NCBI GenBank assembly: GCA_963693365.1
Contig: CAVNZM010000098.1
Location: forward strand, 1 to 8,567
DNA: 8,567 bases
Origin: Amoebidium appalachense
Taxonomy: Eukaryota > Protista > Ichthyosporea
Direction of reading: 5' to 3'
Shown here: one piece after another, positions 7,583 through 8,567 of the stretch
Numbering within the stretch: position 1 is the first letter of the stretch
How the letters are laid out: each line of letters starts with the position of its first letter
Translations under genes and position numbers: made by a program
Notes under the pieces: generated by a model
What the model saw: only the letters and a program-made list of their open reading frames with translations
What the model was told of the DNA's origin: nothing
Databases searched by the model: none

Positions 7583-7591
7583 TATAATTTT

Positions 7592-7709
7592 TAAGGAGAG
7601 TGAGACTTGGTACCTACGGAAATCGACGGAACTTTCGCGATGCTCCAATGCACGAGCCCGGAAGCATCAAATTAGCAATTAGAATGCTTTAGCAAACAGC
7701 AATCCATTC
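7592..7709 (-). pseudogene. trnS: tRNA-Ser(GCU)-like pseudogene with a 37 bp T-loop insertion (7610-7646)
   Basis: Anticodon arm TCTAA TT-GCT-AA TTTGA, long variable arm TGCTTCCGGGCTC, GTGCA TT^CAAGT CTCAC TCTCCTT A. Acceptor and D-arm degenerate. Confidence 0.55.
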
Positions 7710-7806
7710 TGGTGAACCCAATCATAAATTTAACTCTCTTAATCCAATGACAGGTAGCATCGAGATGGTATGAGTTCATGGGATTCAAATAAAGATCGAC
7801 TCTTAA

Positions 7807-7840
7807 GAACCGTATGAGCGACTTTTATCGCATACGGCTC
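7807..7840 (-). ncRNA. group II intron domain V (isolated remnant)
   Basis: Minus strand GAGCCGTATGCGATAAAAGTCGCTCATACGGTTC: a 34 nt hairpin with the AGC triad, a 2-nt bulge and a tetraloop, closely matching the DV consensus GAGCCGTATGCGATGAAAGTCGCACGTACGGTTC. Confidence 0.8.
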
Positions 7841-7924
7841 GCGCAATTATCAAGAAATTTAATACATTAGATCCGGGTGTTACTAAAACCCCGATATCTC
7901 TCTGGTTATTACACCACTGTGAGA

Positions 7925-8104
7925 GCGCAGGTACACAGTACCAAGCTAGCTTAGGCTATTGCCTGGCGCTCAGGGATTTTATCCCAAGCTAGCTTAGGCC
8001 ATTCGCCTTGCGCACAAGGTACACAGTACCAAGCTAGCTTAGGCAATTCGCCTTGCGCACAGGGGGTATCATCCCAAGCTAGCTTAGGCTATTGCCAGGC
8101 GCCC
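7925..8104. repeat. GC-rich ~44 bp palindromic tandem repeat x4
   Basis: CCAAGCTAGCTTAGGC at 7941, 7984, 8029 and 8074, with linkers alternating between GGTACACAGTACC and GGG(A/G)..ATCCC hairpins. Confidence 0.88.
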
Positions 8105-8391
8105 GTAAGATCACCTAGTTTAAATCAGCAAGATTTTACTTCGTAGCATAACTACTATCTCCTCCATTACAGAAGAGCATTCTCACTAATAGAGTAATCT
8201 TATGCTCTTATCATCATACGACGACAAGCTAGTCTAGGACTCGCAACTCGCATCTGTTCTTTTCAATTATGCTTTTATAGTCTTAGAGAACTACTAACAT
8301 AGTACTAAATTCCTTACTATACATAGGTTTAAATCCAATTTAAGATTTTTATAAAGTTCATAAATTACAAATCCTGATCGGCTAAAATTAC

Positions 8392-8482
8392 AAAATTGAC
8401 GATTTTTTGAAATTTGACGATTTTCCGGATTTTTGACAATTTTCCAAAATTGACGCTTTTCTGAAATTTGACATTTTCCGGA
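8392..8482. repeat. right subterminal ~18 bp tandem repeat x5 (AAATTGACGATTTTCYGA-like)
   Basis: TTGAC(G/A)..TTTT units recur every 18-19 bp just inside the right terminal repeat. Confidence 0.85.
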
Positions 8483-8525
8483 CATCTGTATTTAGGATTT
8501 TTATTTTCATCTTATATAGTGACAG

Positions 8526-8567
8526 AAGCCTAGAATAAGAGTAGAGGAGGAGGGGGCGAGATGAAAT
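8526..8567 (-). repeat. right terminal inverted repeat; the window ends exactly at its outer edge
   Basis: Reverse complement ATTTCATCTCGCCCCCTCCTCCTCTACTCTTATTCTAGGCTT matches 673-714. Confidence 0.9.

Larger units (their letters stand above)
4972..7646. mobile_element. dispersed 37 bp element R1 (GTACCTACGGAAATCGACGGAACTTTCGCGGTGCTCC), 9 copies
   Basis: Copies at 4972-5008, 5942-5978, 6272-6308, 6464-6500, 6816-6852, 7014-7050, 7212-7248, 7408-7444 and 7610-7646, all in the same orientation, with consensus flanks CTTG^AAC. Confidence 0.9.
4875..8253. mobile_element. dispersed ~90 bp hairpin element R4 (core GAGCTTGTCGTCGTATGATGACAAGAGCATAAGAC...CTTAGCGA..GCTCTACTGAGACTC), both orientations
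   Basis: Plus-orientation copies at ~4875-4962, ~5283-5371 and ~7311-7400; inverted copies at ~5764-5834 (with partial tandem derivatives to ~6040) and ~8174-8253; variants at ~6180-6265, ~6392-6427 and ~6725-6808. Internal hairpin CTTGTCGTC-GTAT-GATGACAAG. Confidence 0.85.

Noticed and set aside
4972-7646. 37 bp R1 copies as a CRISPR array
   Set aside because: Spacing is irregular (about 190-970 bp), intervening sequences are tRNA-derived and repeated, there are no cas genes, and the context is mitochondrial.
7925-8104. Palindromic 44 bp array as a mini-CRISPR
   Set aside because: The linkers are short and themselves repeated (A-B-A-B), not unique spacers.
8294-8485. 63 aa minus-strand ORF with repeated QIS/RQF motifs
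   Set aside because: The periodicity comes from the 18 bp subterminal DNA repeat.

Overview
Most of this window (673-8567, about 7.9 kb) looks like a complete linear mitochondrial mini-chromosome. It is bounded by a ~42 bp terminal inverted repeat (22 bp perfect), and its two ends carry different subterminal repeat arrays. It holds one intact protein gene, nad4 (3739->2276, minus strand, 487 aa, TGA=Trp), one canonical tRNA-Leu(UAG) and a slightly defective tRNA-Glu(UUC). About nine further tRNA genes or pseudogenes (Arg, Val, Gly, Ser) appear only after removing short repeated insertions. Most of these insertions sit at the same point of the T-loop (TT^CAAG): a 37 bp element (9 copies), an 18 bp element, and 150-190 bp composites bracketed by both. 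A group II intron domain V remnant is also present. All genes are on the minus strand. The architecture best fits the multipartite linear mtDNA known from the ichthyosporean Amoebidium; this is an inference, and no database search was run. Bases 1-672 lie outside the left terminal repeat, look unrelated, and contain a degenerate hammerhead-like motif.
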